From a virus (lineage: Duplodnaviria > Caudoviricetes), in the IMG/VR virus record IMGVR_UViG_3300050343_000104, positions 1-52,731 of that record: a stretch of DNA of 52,731 nt; one strand, written 5' to 3'. The position numbers were made by a program, and so were the translations under genes. The first letter of the stretch is position 1. Each line of letters starts with the position of its first letter. This document shows, one piece after another, positions 6,684 through 15,841 of the stretch. Under the pieces are notes generated by a model. That model searched no databases. It was not told the DNA's origin and saw only the letters and a list, made by a program, of their open reading frames with translations.

Positions 6684-6802
6684 AATGCTATACACAGATC
6701 CAGCTGTAAAAATGCTATATGCTATACACGCCGGACCCCGGCTGGTTACCTCCGAGGTCAATTAGCTGAGATCATCCCATCTCACACCAGGATCCGTGTG
6801 CT

Positions 6803-6955
6803 TTAGACTGACGCCCAGAACAGATCTTGCTGCTCTGGACTTAAGCCCTTTAGATTATCCTGCCCGAACATATCTTGGCAGATTTGTGTGCGTCTGATAG
6901 ACTCGTCATACTTTGCTGAGATCCTGTCCCAGGCTTGTGAATTTGTTTCGTACAT
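6803..6955 (-). CDS. 50-aa early microprotein
   Basis: MYETNSQAWDRISAKYDESIRRTQICQDMFGQDNLKGLSPEQQDLFWASV*. Confidence 0.7.
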   Translation of the reverse strand: MYETNSQAWDRISAKYDESIRRTQICQDMFGQDNLKGLSPEQQDLFWASV

Positions 6956-6957
6956 AA

Positions 6958-7062
6958 TTAATTGATTTGTGTTAGTGAGTTAAGGTATTCGACAGCCAGT
7001 GCCAGTTCATAGTCGTAGTTCAGTGCCTGAGTGTACAGGTATTCTTCATTATAGTTTTCCAT
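6958..7062 (-). CDS. 34-aa acidic early microprotein
   Basis: MENYNEEYLYTQALNYDYELALAVEYLNSLTQIN*. Confidence 0.65.
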   Translation of the reverse strand: MENYNEEYLYTQALNYDYELALAVEYLNSLTQIN

Positions 7063-7063
7063 T

Positions 7064-7141
7064 TTAGTTTCGTATTGCGGCAGCTGCAGCTGATCCCAGG
7101 TTAGACATTACTTCATTCATTTTAATTAAGATTGCTTTCAT
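7064..7141 (-). CDS. 25-aa early microprotein
   Basis: MKAILIKMNEVMSNLGSAAAAAIRN*, first ORF after the outermost class E motif. Confidence 0.6.
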   Translation of the reverse strand: MKAILIKMNEVMSNLGSAAAAAIRN

Positions 7142-7181
7142 AAGATTTAATTTAATTATTATTATTATTTATATTCAACTA

Positions 7182-7212
7182 TATTATCTAGTGAACAACG
7201 TAAACCGTCTGC
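7182..7212 (-). promoter_or_regulatory. class E promoter-like motif, copy 9 (abuts 10-mer)
   Basis: GCAGACGGTTTACG-N10-GATAATA. Confidence 0.75.
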
Positions 7213-7225
7213 AAATGCTATACGC

Positions 7226-7245
7226 GCTACGCTGCGCTGCGCTGC
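7226..7245. repeat. 4 x GCTRC tandem repeat
   Basis: GCTAC-GCTGC-GCTGC-GCTGC. Confidence 0.7.
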
Positions 7246-7446
7246 TATAATACGTAGCAATCCAATAGCCAGAAGCAAAGTGCTAAATACCCTGGATAAA
7301 ATGCCTGGCAAAAGGCAAAAGTTATTTACTAAACCCTAAAACAAAAGGGGGACTGGGTAAAATGAATTGCGTTTTCTGTAGGAAAAAGTTTTTTTAAATA
7401 AGCATGTAGCCCTATACCTCTTATTATATAATAATGGTTTTTACCT

Positions 7447-7475
7447 GTAGCTTTCGGAAAAAACGTGTAATTATA
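7447..7475 (+). promoter_or_regulatory. class L promoter-like motif heading the late block
   Basis: GTAGCTTT-CGGA-AAAAACGTGTAATTATA, 26 nt before ATG 7502. Confidence 0.8.
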
Positions 7476-7501
7476 TATAACCATATAATAGAATGTAACG
7501 G

Positions 7502-7801
7502 ATGGCTTCAAAACAAAAATTATCGCCTGTGGCTAGAAAAGCAAAAGCGAAGAGAGACCTAGCTTATGCTAAGACGGCGGATAGACGTAAAAAGAAAGCA
7601 CATGCACAGAGAGAAAGGCGTAGAGCTAAACGTAGCGGGAAAAATGTTGATGGGCTAGATTGGGATCATAAAGATGGGCGATGGGAAAAGATTTCACGTA
7701 ATAGGGCTAATGACGGAGAGGGGACTAAAAAAGAAGGCAAAAAGAAATATAAGGTACCGAAGCGCAAGCGAAGGGCTAAAACTAAAAAGAAAAAGAAATG
7801 A
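7502..7801 (+). CDS. very basic protein with HNH-like core
   Basis: K/R-rich; DGLDWDHKDG...ISRNRA resembles compact phage HNH proteins. Confidence 0.6.
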   Translation: MASKQKLSPVARKAKAKRDLAYAKTADRRKKKAHAQRERRRAKRSGKNVDGLDWDHKDGRWEKISRNRANDGEGTKKEGKKKYKVPKRKRRAKTKKKKK

Positions 7802-10800
7802 GTATTATAACTACGTACCCCCTTATTGGGGATGTTGCCCCTGCTGATTTACTGATCATTGCGGACATGAGTATTTTAGGTACCCCTACTAGAACTGTTA
7901 GTATTCAACAGCTCGTAGATGAGATGGGAGGAAGCTACTCCTGGTTTGTAGGAGGTGTCGGCGGTTTTGAAGTAACAGCCAGTGAAACTGTAACATTTAC
8001 GGGAGGTATTAAATTAACTGCTGTAAATAATTCAGGAAATCAATCGGTTACATTTAATCACGATAATACTAGTAGAACAGATACTACCTCAGCTGTTACA
8101 CCTGGATCAGGAGGAACATTTACGGTTATTGACTCTATTGTACAAGACGCTACTGGACATACAACTTTAGTTAATACTAAAACAGTTACGATGCCTTCGG
8201 GCGGTGGCGGTAATGTTATTAGTGTTGGCTTGTCTGCTCCTTCGGCTTTTACGGTAAGTAACAGTCCTGTTACTACTAGTGGCACTTTAACTTTTACGGG
8301 AGCTGGCACTACGGCGCAATTTATAGACGGCACGGGATCTTTGCAAGCCATTTCTTCTATACCCGGTGGGGTATCTCAAATTGTTGCGGGACAAAATGTA
8401 ACAATATCGCCTGTGGGCGGTACGGGTGTTGTAACTATTAATGCTAGCGGAGGAGGCGGTGGTGGCACTGTAACCAGTGTGGACGCTAGTACTGGGGGAG
8501 ACGCTTTGGATGTATTTGTTTCTGATCCTACAACTACGCCGGATTTAGCATTTACATGGGCAGGAACTAACGGACAGTATGTTAACGGGGAAGGAAACTT
8601 AATAGATCTTCCAGCTACGGCTACAACCTATAATTTAGATGCTGACCAGGACGGATTAAATGTGGACCTTAATTTAACACCCTCTGTAGGTATCGCCGAT
8701 GTCGTTAAGCTTACAGCAGGTACGGGTATAGCCTTAACCGAAACTGGTAATAATAATATTACAATTGCAACTAGTGGAAATACTGGGTTGACCTCGGTGG
8801 GGGCTAGCAGTAATTACTTAACTATAAGCAACTCCCCACTTACAAGCAACGGTGTTATTCAAGTGAATATGCCTGCTAATGGGGTTACTGTAGGAACTTA
8901 TACCAATGCTACTGTAGAGGTAGATCAATATGGGTTTGTTACTAATGTTTCTAGTGGCTCTGTAATACCTAATAATATAGTAGAAACTATAACCACAACA
9001 GACGGGCAGTTTATTGAGCTAACTCCTAACTCTCCTACATCGGGGGCCGTAGCTGTTACCGCAGATCTTTCTGCTACCGGTACACCTAGTTCTACCACGT
9101 TCCTTAGAGGAGATAATACGTGGGCGGTGCCATCAGGAGGTGGAGGTGGCGGTACTATGAGTAGCTGGATAGCTGGAGACGGAAGCAACACTCAAACTAT
9201 AACAGACGGTGACCAAGTTAATTTTAATGCTACTACTAAACTGTCATCAAGTATTTCTCTTGTAGCTGGGGTGGTAGAATTAAATTTCAGCCATGACTCA
9301 ACTTCTCGTAGTGATACCACAAGTACGTATTCTTTAGGATCAGGAGGGTCGTTTACTAAAGTAGATAGTGTAACTACTGATTCTACGGGACATATAACCG
9401 CTATAAATTTAGAAACGGTTAACATAGACTCTTTTGATAATTATGGTTCCTGGACATTATCTGGAGACGGCGGACAAAATCAAGTAATCTTCGGAGGGAA
9501 CACGGTTGATATAATTGGTGGATCAAAAATCGCTACAGTCTCTTCGAATACAAACATTCTTACAATAGACCATGATAGTACAACTAGATCGGATACTTCT
9601 TCTAGCGTTTCACCCGTAGCGGGCGGAACCTTTACTGTAGTAGATAGCATAACTCAAGATGTTACAGGTCATATAACGGCTACAAATCTTAAGACAGTAA
9701 CGTTGCCCTCAGCGGGAGGCAGCATGAGTCAATGGTTTGTAGATGACGGTGGATCACAATTTTTTTCCGTGCAAAACAACGATAGTGTTTTTATTAACGG
9801 TACCGCTAAGATTGATGTTACGGCCTCAGCCGCAAATAAATCGGTTACATGGACACATACTAACACAAATAGGAATGATACAACTTCAGCGGTTACTCCA
9901 GGTAGTGGCGGAACTTTTACTGTAGTAGATTCTATAACACAAGATGCTACGGGACACCCAACAGCAATAAATGTTAAAACTGTTACGATGCCTACTACCG
10001 GAGGTGGAGGAGGTGCAACTTATGATTTAACATCGGCACAGGATGGCAATAATGTTGATATAAAACTAACCCCCTCAACGGGAGCTGTAGATATAGTACA
10101 ATTAACAGCAGGAACAGGAGTGACTTTAGCGGATAATGGGTTTAATAGTATAACCATTAGTGCTAGCGGGGCAAATTCCGTAAATGAAACGACTCCAGGA
10201 ACATCATCAGGGATTCCTATAGAGGTTAACCCCACTACAGGTAATGTACTAGTTAAGTCAATGGCTTACGCAGGAACAAATAATGTAGGACATGTTCCAG
10301 CAGGAGGTAATGCAACCACCTTTTTGCGGGGAGATGGTAGCTGGCAAACCCCGAGCAATACCGAGTATCTTGCAGGAACAGGAATGACACTGCAAGGAAA
10401 TATATTTAAGGCTAATGTTAGCGGGACTCTTCAGTCAGTTGCTCCACAAACCGTCACAGGAACTAGCGCTAGAACTTATGCAGTTCAAGTCGACGGATCA
10501 AACGATTTAGTAGTTAATGTACCCTGGACTGGAGGCTCGCCAAGGGGAGCAGGTGTTGGTTTAACACTTAACGGTAATAACATAGACGCTAATGTAGCAG
10601 GTCTTCAACTAATAGCGGCTAACGCGGTGACTAATAATGGGCAAAGAACTTATCAAGTTCAAGTCGATGCCTCTGATAACTTAGTGGTAAATGTACCGTG
10701 GACGGACACAGGCGGATCAGTAACTTCTGTGGCAGCTGCTATTAATGGTAATGCTTATGTGGCTTCGGTAAATAACCCTACAACAACCCCCTCAATAGCA

Positions 10801-12060
10801 ATAGTGCCCCAAGGAAATTCCACTAAATACATTAACGGAGCTGGAAATTTGGCTGATATATCAACACTCCCAGCAGGTGTAACTTCTATAACTCCTGCCG
10901 CGACTACAGGTAGTGGTACTCCTATAACAAGTGTGGGTAATATTACGTTTACAGGAGCTGGAGGTATTACAACCTCAGTTAATGCTGCTAATGTAGTTAC
11001 TATCACCGGATCAGGAGGAGGCGGCGGTGGAGGATGGGCTCCCTCGCAGGGTGGAACCTTCGCTAATGCTGATATCTATAACGTAAACTGGAATAATGCA
11101 GGCGCTACGGCTAGGACGGTAGTAATAGGCGATGACCAAATGTCTTCAGATCAGTACGCGGCTCTGGAAGTACATGGTAGAATTTCAGTTGTGGACGTAT
11201 CTGGTAACATATTTATTGGGCATGAATCCGGAAAAGATTCTACTGGCTCTAATAACACTGCTGTTGGTGACGGAGCCCTTTTTAAGAATACTACTGGAAT
11301 GACTAATACAGCTGTGGGTACGCAAGCTTTACAACAAAATCTTACAGGAGGAGCGAATACAGCGGTAGGATTTCTAGCGTGTAGAGTAAACATGACAGGT
11401 ACTGAAAACACGGCTGTCGGGAGTGGTTCTATGCTTGTTAATACGTCAGGTAACCGTAATACTTCCATAGGACAAGGGACTATGCAATATTTATTGCAGC
11501 ATGATAATAATACTGCAGTAGGTTGTGATTCTCTTCTTCGAAATCAAATTCACACTAATACCGCGGTAGGAGCTGAATCTGGAAGCTTTATTGTATACGG
11601 TAGAAACAATGTGTTTCTGGGTTATCAAGCTGGGAATGATACTGTAGGTACGGGATCTTTAGACGATGGTAATGAAAATGTATTTATAGGAGTTCGTTCG
11701 GGTTTGAACGCAGACGAGGCCCAAGGGTGTATTTATATAGGCTATGAAACAGAGAAAAAATTTGGTACACCAGCGGGTCAAATTGTAAGTAATGAAACAG
11801 TTATAGGACATAAAGCTTCTGGTCAGGGAAGGAATACTGTCGTATTAGGAAACGACGATGTTGAAAGAACCTATTTAAAAGGAATTGTATTATTAGATGG
11901 ATATACATTTGCCTCTCTACCGGTACACCCACAAACTGTAGTAGGCATGAGAACTTATATAACTGATGGAGCTAACCCCACTTATGGCGGAATTGCGTCG
12001 GGGGGCGGAAGCAGCACTCTCCCCGTATTTTATGACGGTACCAACTGGATTTACGCATAA
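7798..12060 (+). CDS. long tail fibre / receptor-binding protein
   Basis: 1420 aa, G/T/S-rich, poly-Gly hinges, FLRGD motifs, repeated HD.TSR.DTTS...GGTFTV.DSI.QD.TGH units, C-terminal NTAVG beta-roll repeats, ends PVFYDGTNW. Confidence 0.85.
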   Translation: MSIITTYPLIGDVAPADLLIIADMSILGTPTRTVSIQQLVDEMGGSYSWFVGGVGGFEVTASETVTFTGGIKLTAVNNSGNQSVTFNHDNTSRTDTTSAVTPGSGGTFTVIDSIVQDATGHTTLVNTKTVTMPSGGGGNVISVGLSAPSAFTVSNSPVTTSGTLTFTGAGTTAQFIDGTGSLQAISSIPGGVSQIVAGQNVTISPVGGTGVVTINASGGGGGGTVTSVDASTGGDALDVFVSDPTTTPDLAFTWAGTNGQYVNGEGNLIDLPATATTYNLDADQDGLNVDLNLTPSVGIADVVKLTAGTGIALTETGNNNITIATSGNTGLTSVGASSNYLTISNSPLTSNGVIQVNMPANGVTVGTYTNATVEVDQYGFVTNVSSGSVIPNNIVETITTTDGQFIELTPNSPTSGAVAVTADLSATGTPSSTTFLRGDNTWAVPSGGGGGGTMSSWIAGDGSNTQTITDGDQVNFNATTKLSSSISLVAGVVELNFSHDSTSRSDTTSTYSLGSGGSFTKVDSVTTDSTGHITAINLETVNIDSFDNYGSWTLSGDGGQNQVIFGGNTVDIIGGSKIATVSSNTNILTIDHDSTTRSDTSSSVSPVAGGTFTVVDSITQDVTGHITATNLKTVTLPSAGGSMSQWFVDDGGSQFFSVQNNDSVFINGTAKIDVTASAANKSVTWTHTNTNRNDTTSAVTPGSGGTFTVVDSITQDATGHPTAINVKTVTMPTTGGGGGATYDLTSAQDGNNVDIKLTPSTGAVDIVQLTAGTGVTLADNGFNSITISASGANSVNETTPGTSSGIPIEVNPTTGNVLVKSMAYAGTNNVGHVPAGGNATTFLRGDGSWQTPSNTEYLAGTGMTLQGNIFKANVSGTLQSVAPQTVTGTSARTYAVQVDGSNDLVVNVPWTGGSPRGAGVGLTLNGNNIDANVAGLQLIAANAVTNNGQRTYQVQVDASDNLVVNVPWTDTGGSVTSVAAAINGNAYVASVNNPTTTPSIAIVPQGNSTKYINGAGNLADISTLPAGVTSITPAATTGSGTPITSVGNITFTGAGGITTSVNAANVVTITGSGGGGGGGWAPSQGGTFANADIYNVNWNNAGATARTVVIGDDQMSSDQYAALEVHGRISVVDVSGNIFIGHESGKDSTGSNNTAVGDGALFKNTTGMTNTAVGTQALQQNLTGGANTAVGFLACRVNMTGTENTAVGSGSMLVNTSGNRNTSIGQGTMQYLLQHDNNTAVGCDSLLRNQIHTNTAVGAESGSFIVYGRNNVFLGYQAGNDTVGTGSLDDGNENVFIGVRSGLNADEAQGCIYIGYETEKKFGTPAGQIVSNETVIGHKASGQGRNTVVLGNDDVERTYLKGIVLLDGYTFASLPVHPQTVVGMRTYITDGANPTYGGIASGGGSSTLPVFYDGTNWIYA

Positions 12061-12075
12061 TATAAAAACAAACTA

Positions 12076-13584
12076 ATGAGTATATTAACTACATATCCTG
12101 GAATTACAAACGTATCTGGTGAAGATCTATTAGTAATATCTGACATGAGCTTACCTGGAACACCCACGCGTTCTGTTACTGTTAATCAGTTAATAGCAGG
12201 TGGTGGAGGCGGAGTCTTAAGTGTTAATGCAAATGCTGACGGAAATGCAATTGTAGTATCAGGAGGACCTATTACTTCAATTGGAACCCTACAATTTGGG
12301 TTTACGGGTCTTAGTAGCCAATACATAAACGGTCAAGGTAATTTAGCTAATTTTCCACCAGTGGGTTCGGGAACAGTAACAGATGTGTCTTACTCAACTA
12401 ATATAGCAGCATTTACCGCTGGGGTCATAAATGCAACCACTACTCCATCTTTAACATTAAATCTAAATGGAGGAAGTACCGGTCAATTCTTAAGACAAGA
12501 CGGAACTTGGGCTACAGTACCCACGGGAAGCGGAACCGTAGAAAGCGTAGGATTATCAACTAATATTGCGGCTTTTCAGGTTGTTAACAGCCCAATAACA
12601 GGAATAGGTGTACTAGAAATAAATTTAAACGGTGGGAGCACCGGGCAGTTTTTAAGACAGGACGGAACCTGGGCTACAATACCGGGAGGTAATCCAGGGA
12701 CTGTTACAGAGGTTGGGGTTTCTAGTAACTACTTAACAATAGGTAACACACCTATTACATCAAATGGTACTATATCAGTAAATGTACCTGTCCAATCTAA
12801 TTTAACCGCAGGGGCTTACACTAATGCTAATATTACCGTAGATCAATATGGATTTGTTACGGCTGCGGCAAATGGCAGTGGCGGCGGCGGCGGTGTATCG
12901 CAAATTGTTGCGGGTACCAATATAACTATAAGCCCCCCGGCAGGAACCGGAGTGGTAACTATAAATTCGACTGATCAATTTGTAGGAACTGTTACATCTG
13001 TTACAGGACAAGACGGAATAGTTATGACAGGTACAGCTAGTAATCCTGAAGTAAATGTAGATTATTTAGGAACTGATAATTATATACTTACAGCAGCTAA
13101 TCCAGATCCCCTAGTTCCCGTCAGTAGGGAAGATAGCATGAACTTCAGCACAGTGCGTATCACAAAGCAAATTTATCATACTACATTAGCAGATATAATA
13201 GATACGGGTAATGGCTATAAAATGACGGCATTTAGACTAAATGTAGCTTCTGCTGGAGCAACGCCTACAATAACAATGATAAATAATAATATAGGGGGCG
13301 CCTGGTCAATTACTAGAATAGGGGTTGGGGTATATGATATTTCAAATTCTAATGGCACTATTTTTACAGATAAAACAATTTGTTATATAAATAACCCAAA
13401 CGTAACGGGAGCATCGGGGGCAACCACTAATGTATTCCCACAAGCTACTAACATACGGCGCAAAGCAGTTAGTCTAATAGCTATCGAATGCTTTGAGGTA
13501 GGAACTACTACAGGCAACAGAGGGGATGTTGCTGATCTTGGGACCGCAAATCCTATATATGTAGAAATAAAAATTTACGATTAA
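12076..13584 (+). CDS. tail fibre protein, paralogous N-terminus to 7798 ORF
   Basis: MSILTTYP...DLLVISDMSLPGTPTRSV; 2x STNIAAF...NLNGGSTGQFLRQDGTWAT. Confidence 0.8.
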   Translation: MSILTTYPGITNVSGEDLLVISDMSLPGTPTRSVTVNQLIAGGGGGVLSVNANADGNAIVVSGGPITSIGTLQFGFTGLSSQYINGQGNLANFPPVGSGTVTDVSYSTNIAAFTAGVINATTTPSLTLNLNGGSTGQFLRQDGTWATVPTGSGTVESVGLSTNIAAFQVVNSPITGIGVLEINLNGGSTGQFLRQDGTWATIPGGNPGTVTEVGVSSNYLTIGNTPITSNGTISVNVPVQSNLTAGAYTNANITVDQYGFVTAAANGSGGGGGVSQIVAGTNITISPPAGTGVVTINSTDQFVGTVTSVTGQDGIVMTGTASNPEVNVDYLGTDNYILTAANPDPLVPVSREDSMNFSTVRITKQIYHTTLADIIDTGNGYKMTAFRLNVASAGATPTITMINNNIGGAWSITRIGVGVYDISNSNGTIFTDKTICYINNPNVTGASGATTNVFPQATNIRRKAVSLIAIECFEVGTTTGNRGDVADLGTANPIYVEIKIYD

Positions 13585-13594
13585 AAAAAAATAA

Positions 13595-14284
13595 ATGGCT
13601 AGAATTAGTACATATAATATAGATGAAAAAGTATCGGGGGGAGATCTTCTAGTCGGGTCAGCAGCTAATTCAGGAGGTGCAACAAAAAATTACACAATAG
13701 CATCCATTAGCGATTATATTTCTGTAGCTGAGCAAATGAAGTTTAAGTACGTTAGCCAATCTTATTATGGAGCTGGTACTTTTTCTATACCTTCAGGGGC
13801 TTCAGATAACATGCCCATGATTAATCTATCTAATATAGCTATATCTAGGAAAGATTTGTCACCACAAGATACCGTAGAGTTTTTAACCTATTTAATAGGT
13901 TCGGATATATTAATTGTAAAGCAAGATGATGTATCTAATTTTGGTCACTTTAAAATAGACAGTTATACAGTAAACACAGCAGAGCCAGCTTATTTTAATA
14001 TGGTCCTCACTTATATTGGAGGTAATGGAGTATTAAAATTAGAAGAGTTCTATAATATTGTAAACTTTGTTAAAGCAACAGATGTAGGAGATAAAACATT
14101 TAATTATGATCAAATTACCCCTTCGTCTACTTGGAATATAAATCACAACTTAAATAAATTTCCATCGGTTTCTGTGGTAGATACCTCAGGCACGAAAGTA
14201 TATACTGATGTTAACTATATAGATAATAATAATGTAACCTTAACGTTTTCTGTTTCTTTCGCAGGTAAAGCGTACTTAAACTAA
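13595..14284 (+). CDS. virion fibre/structural protein
   Basis: MARISTY..D...DLLVGS N-terminus; C-terminal W.INHNLNKFPSVSVVD...F.GKAYLN domain. Confidence 0.75.
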   Translation: MARISTYNIDEKVSGGDLLVGSAANSGGATKNYTIASISDYISVAEQMKFKYVSQSYYGAGTFSIPSGASDNMPMINLSNIAISRKDLSPQDTVEFLTYLIGSDILIVKQDDVSNFGHFKIDSYTVNTAEPAYFNMVLTYIGGNGVLKLEEFYNIVNFVKATDVGDKTFNYDQITPSSTWNINHNLNKFPSVSVVDTSGTKVYTDVNYIDNNNVTLTFSVSFAGKAYLN

Positions 14285-14289
14285 AAAAA

Positions 14290-15825
14290 ATGCCAATATT
14301 TTACGACCCCATTAATTTAGCCACCAATCAGCTAGAACAAGCTAGAATTGAGAACTTAGGAACTGACCCCGGATCAGGAGTATCGGGGCAAATTTATTAC
14401 AACACAACAGCTAATAAATTAAAATACTATAACGGTACCGCTTGGGGCTTTATAGATACTACTTCAGCCGATAACGATTATCTAACAGGATTAGCTTTTA
14501 ATACTGCTAACGGTATTTTAACCGCAACAGTACAAAACCAAAATAGTGTTACAGTAGACTTAGACGGCAGATATGCATTAACTGGAGATGTACCAACTGT
14601 AGGTAATGGAACTTTAACGGTTCAAGGAACAGGAGTTCTGGGAGGAACCGGAACATTTACAGCAAATCAAGCTGGAAATTCTACTATAACTATAACTCAT
14701 GATTCGCAAACAAGAACCGATACAACAAGCACAGGTTCGCCTGCTTTTGGAGGTACGTTTACTGCGGTAGATAGTGTTAGCTCTAATGCGTCTGGGCATA
14801 TTACAGCTATAAACTTAAAAACACTAACATTACCCACCCCGTCTTCAAGCACTGACAACTACGTAGATTCCGTGGCTTTTAGTACGGCTAATGGAACTTT
14901 GACATTAGGAAGAACTGGTGCACTAGCTGATTTAAGCGTAGACTTAGATGGAAGATATTTAGAAGCAAATGAAACCATAACTTTATCAGGAGATGTAACA
15001 GGGTCTGGAACTACTTCAATAACAACGACAATTTCTTCTGGAGCAGTTGATTTTGCAATGATAAATTCAGCGGTTGTTATAACAGAAACTGAAGGAATAT
15101 CTAATAACGATAATGATGTAACCTTACCTACTTCGGCTGCTGTTAAAGCTTATGCAGATAGTTTAATAGTAGGAGGATTAATATATCAAGGTGGATATAA
15201 CGCAGCAACTAATACACCTGATTTAGATTCCTCTCCTAGTTCAAGTATTAAAAAAGGTTGGACATACACTGTTACTGATCCGGGATTGTTCTTTACAGAG
15301 CAGGTTCGCGCGGGTGATGTACTTATTGCAGAAGCAGATGCACCTACTGCGCTTGCTGATTGGACTACTGTTCAAAATAACATTGATCTTGCAGATCTAA
15401 CTACTGTAGGTATTGGCAATGTAAATGCTTCAGTAGCTAATACATTAGACGGATTAAATGTATCTTATTCGTCAGGTACCGCCACCGTAGGATTAGATGT
15501 AGCTGGTTTAACAGAGTTATCGGATATTGCAGGGGGAGACTCCTTAATAATTTATGACCTAAGTGGAACTAAAAATCATAAGGTATCTGTAGGTGCGTTA
15601 AACACAGCGGTTAATTCAGCTAGTACTTATGCAACCACTGTATCTGCGACAGCCACTATAACGCACGGTTTGGGGACAAAAGATGTAATAGTGCAATTAT
15701 ATGATACGGTAACGGATTTAACGGTATATGCTAGAGTAGATAGAATATCTACATCACAAGCTACAATAACTTTTAATCCTGCACCTTCTAATAGTGTAAG
15801 AGTATTAGTACAAAAAATAGGATAA
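14290..15825 (+). CDS. tail fibre protein
   Basis: G/T-rich, DLDGRY repeats, LPTSAAVKAY, C-terminal ITHGLGTKDVIVQLYD domain. Confidence 0.8.
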   Translation: MPIFYDPINLATNQLEQARIENLGTDPGSGVSGQIYYNTTANKLKYYNGTAWGFIDTTSADNDYLTGLAFNTANGILTATVQNQNSVTVDLDGRYALTGDVPTVGNGTLTVQGTGVLGGTGTFTANQAGNSTITITHDSQTRTDTTSTGSPAFGGTFTAVDSVSSNASGHITAINLKTLTLPTPSSSTDNYVDSVAFSTANGTLTLGRTGALADLSVDLDGRYLEANETITLSGDVTGSGTTSITTTISSGAVDFAMINSAVVITETEGISNNDNDVTLPTSAAVKAYADSLIVGGLIYQGGYNAATNTPDLDSSPSSSIKKGWTYTVTDPGLFFTEQVRAGDVLIAEADAPTALADWTTVQNNIDLADLTTVGIGNVNASVANTLDGLNVSYSSGTATVGLDVAGLTELSDIAGGDSLIIYDLSGTKNHKVSVGALNTAVNSASTYATTVSATATITHGLGTKDVIVQLYDTVTDLTVYARVDRISTSQATITFNPAPSNSVRVLVQKIG

Positions 15826-15841
15826 TATAAAATATAATTAA

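Larger units (their letters stand above)
590..7225. repeat. dispersed polar 10-mer TGCTATACRC, 12 copies
   Basis: Minus strand at 590, 1478, 2221, 3375, 4171, 4742, 5161; plus strand at 6169, 6222, 6686, 6720, 7216. Confidence 0.9.

Noticed and set aside
6171-6696. DnaA boxes (CTATACACA resembles TTATNCACA)
   Set aside because: The conserved part is TGCTATACRC; the final A and the TT start are not conserved over the 12 copies
951-7212. CRISPR array or attC-type cassette array
   Set aside because: Repeats are bipartite with a free spacer, non-palindromic, 0.5-1.1 kb apart and positioned like promoters; no cas or integrase gene
7329-7511. 60-aa minus-strand ORF in the divergence zone
   Set aside because: Overlaps the class L motif and the 7502 start, lacks the usual start context and has no upstream class E motif
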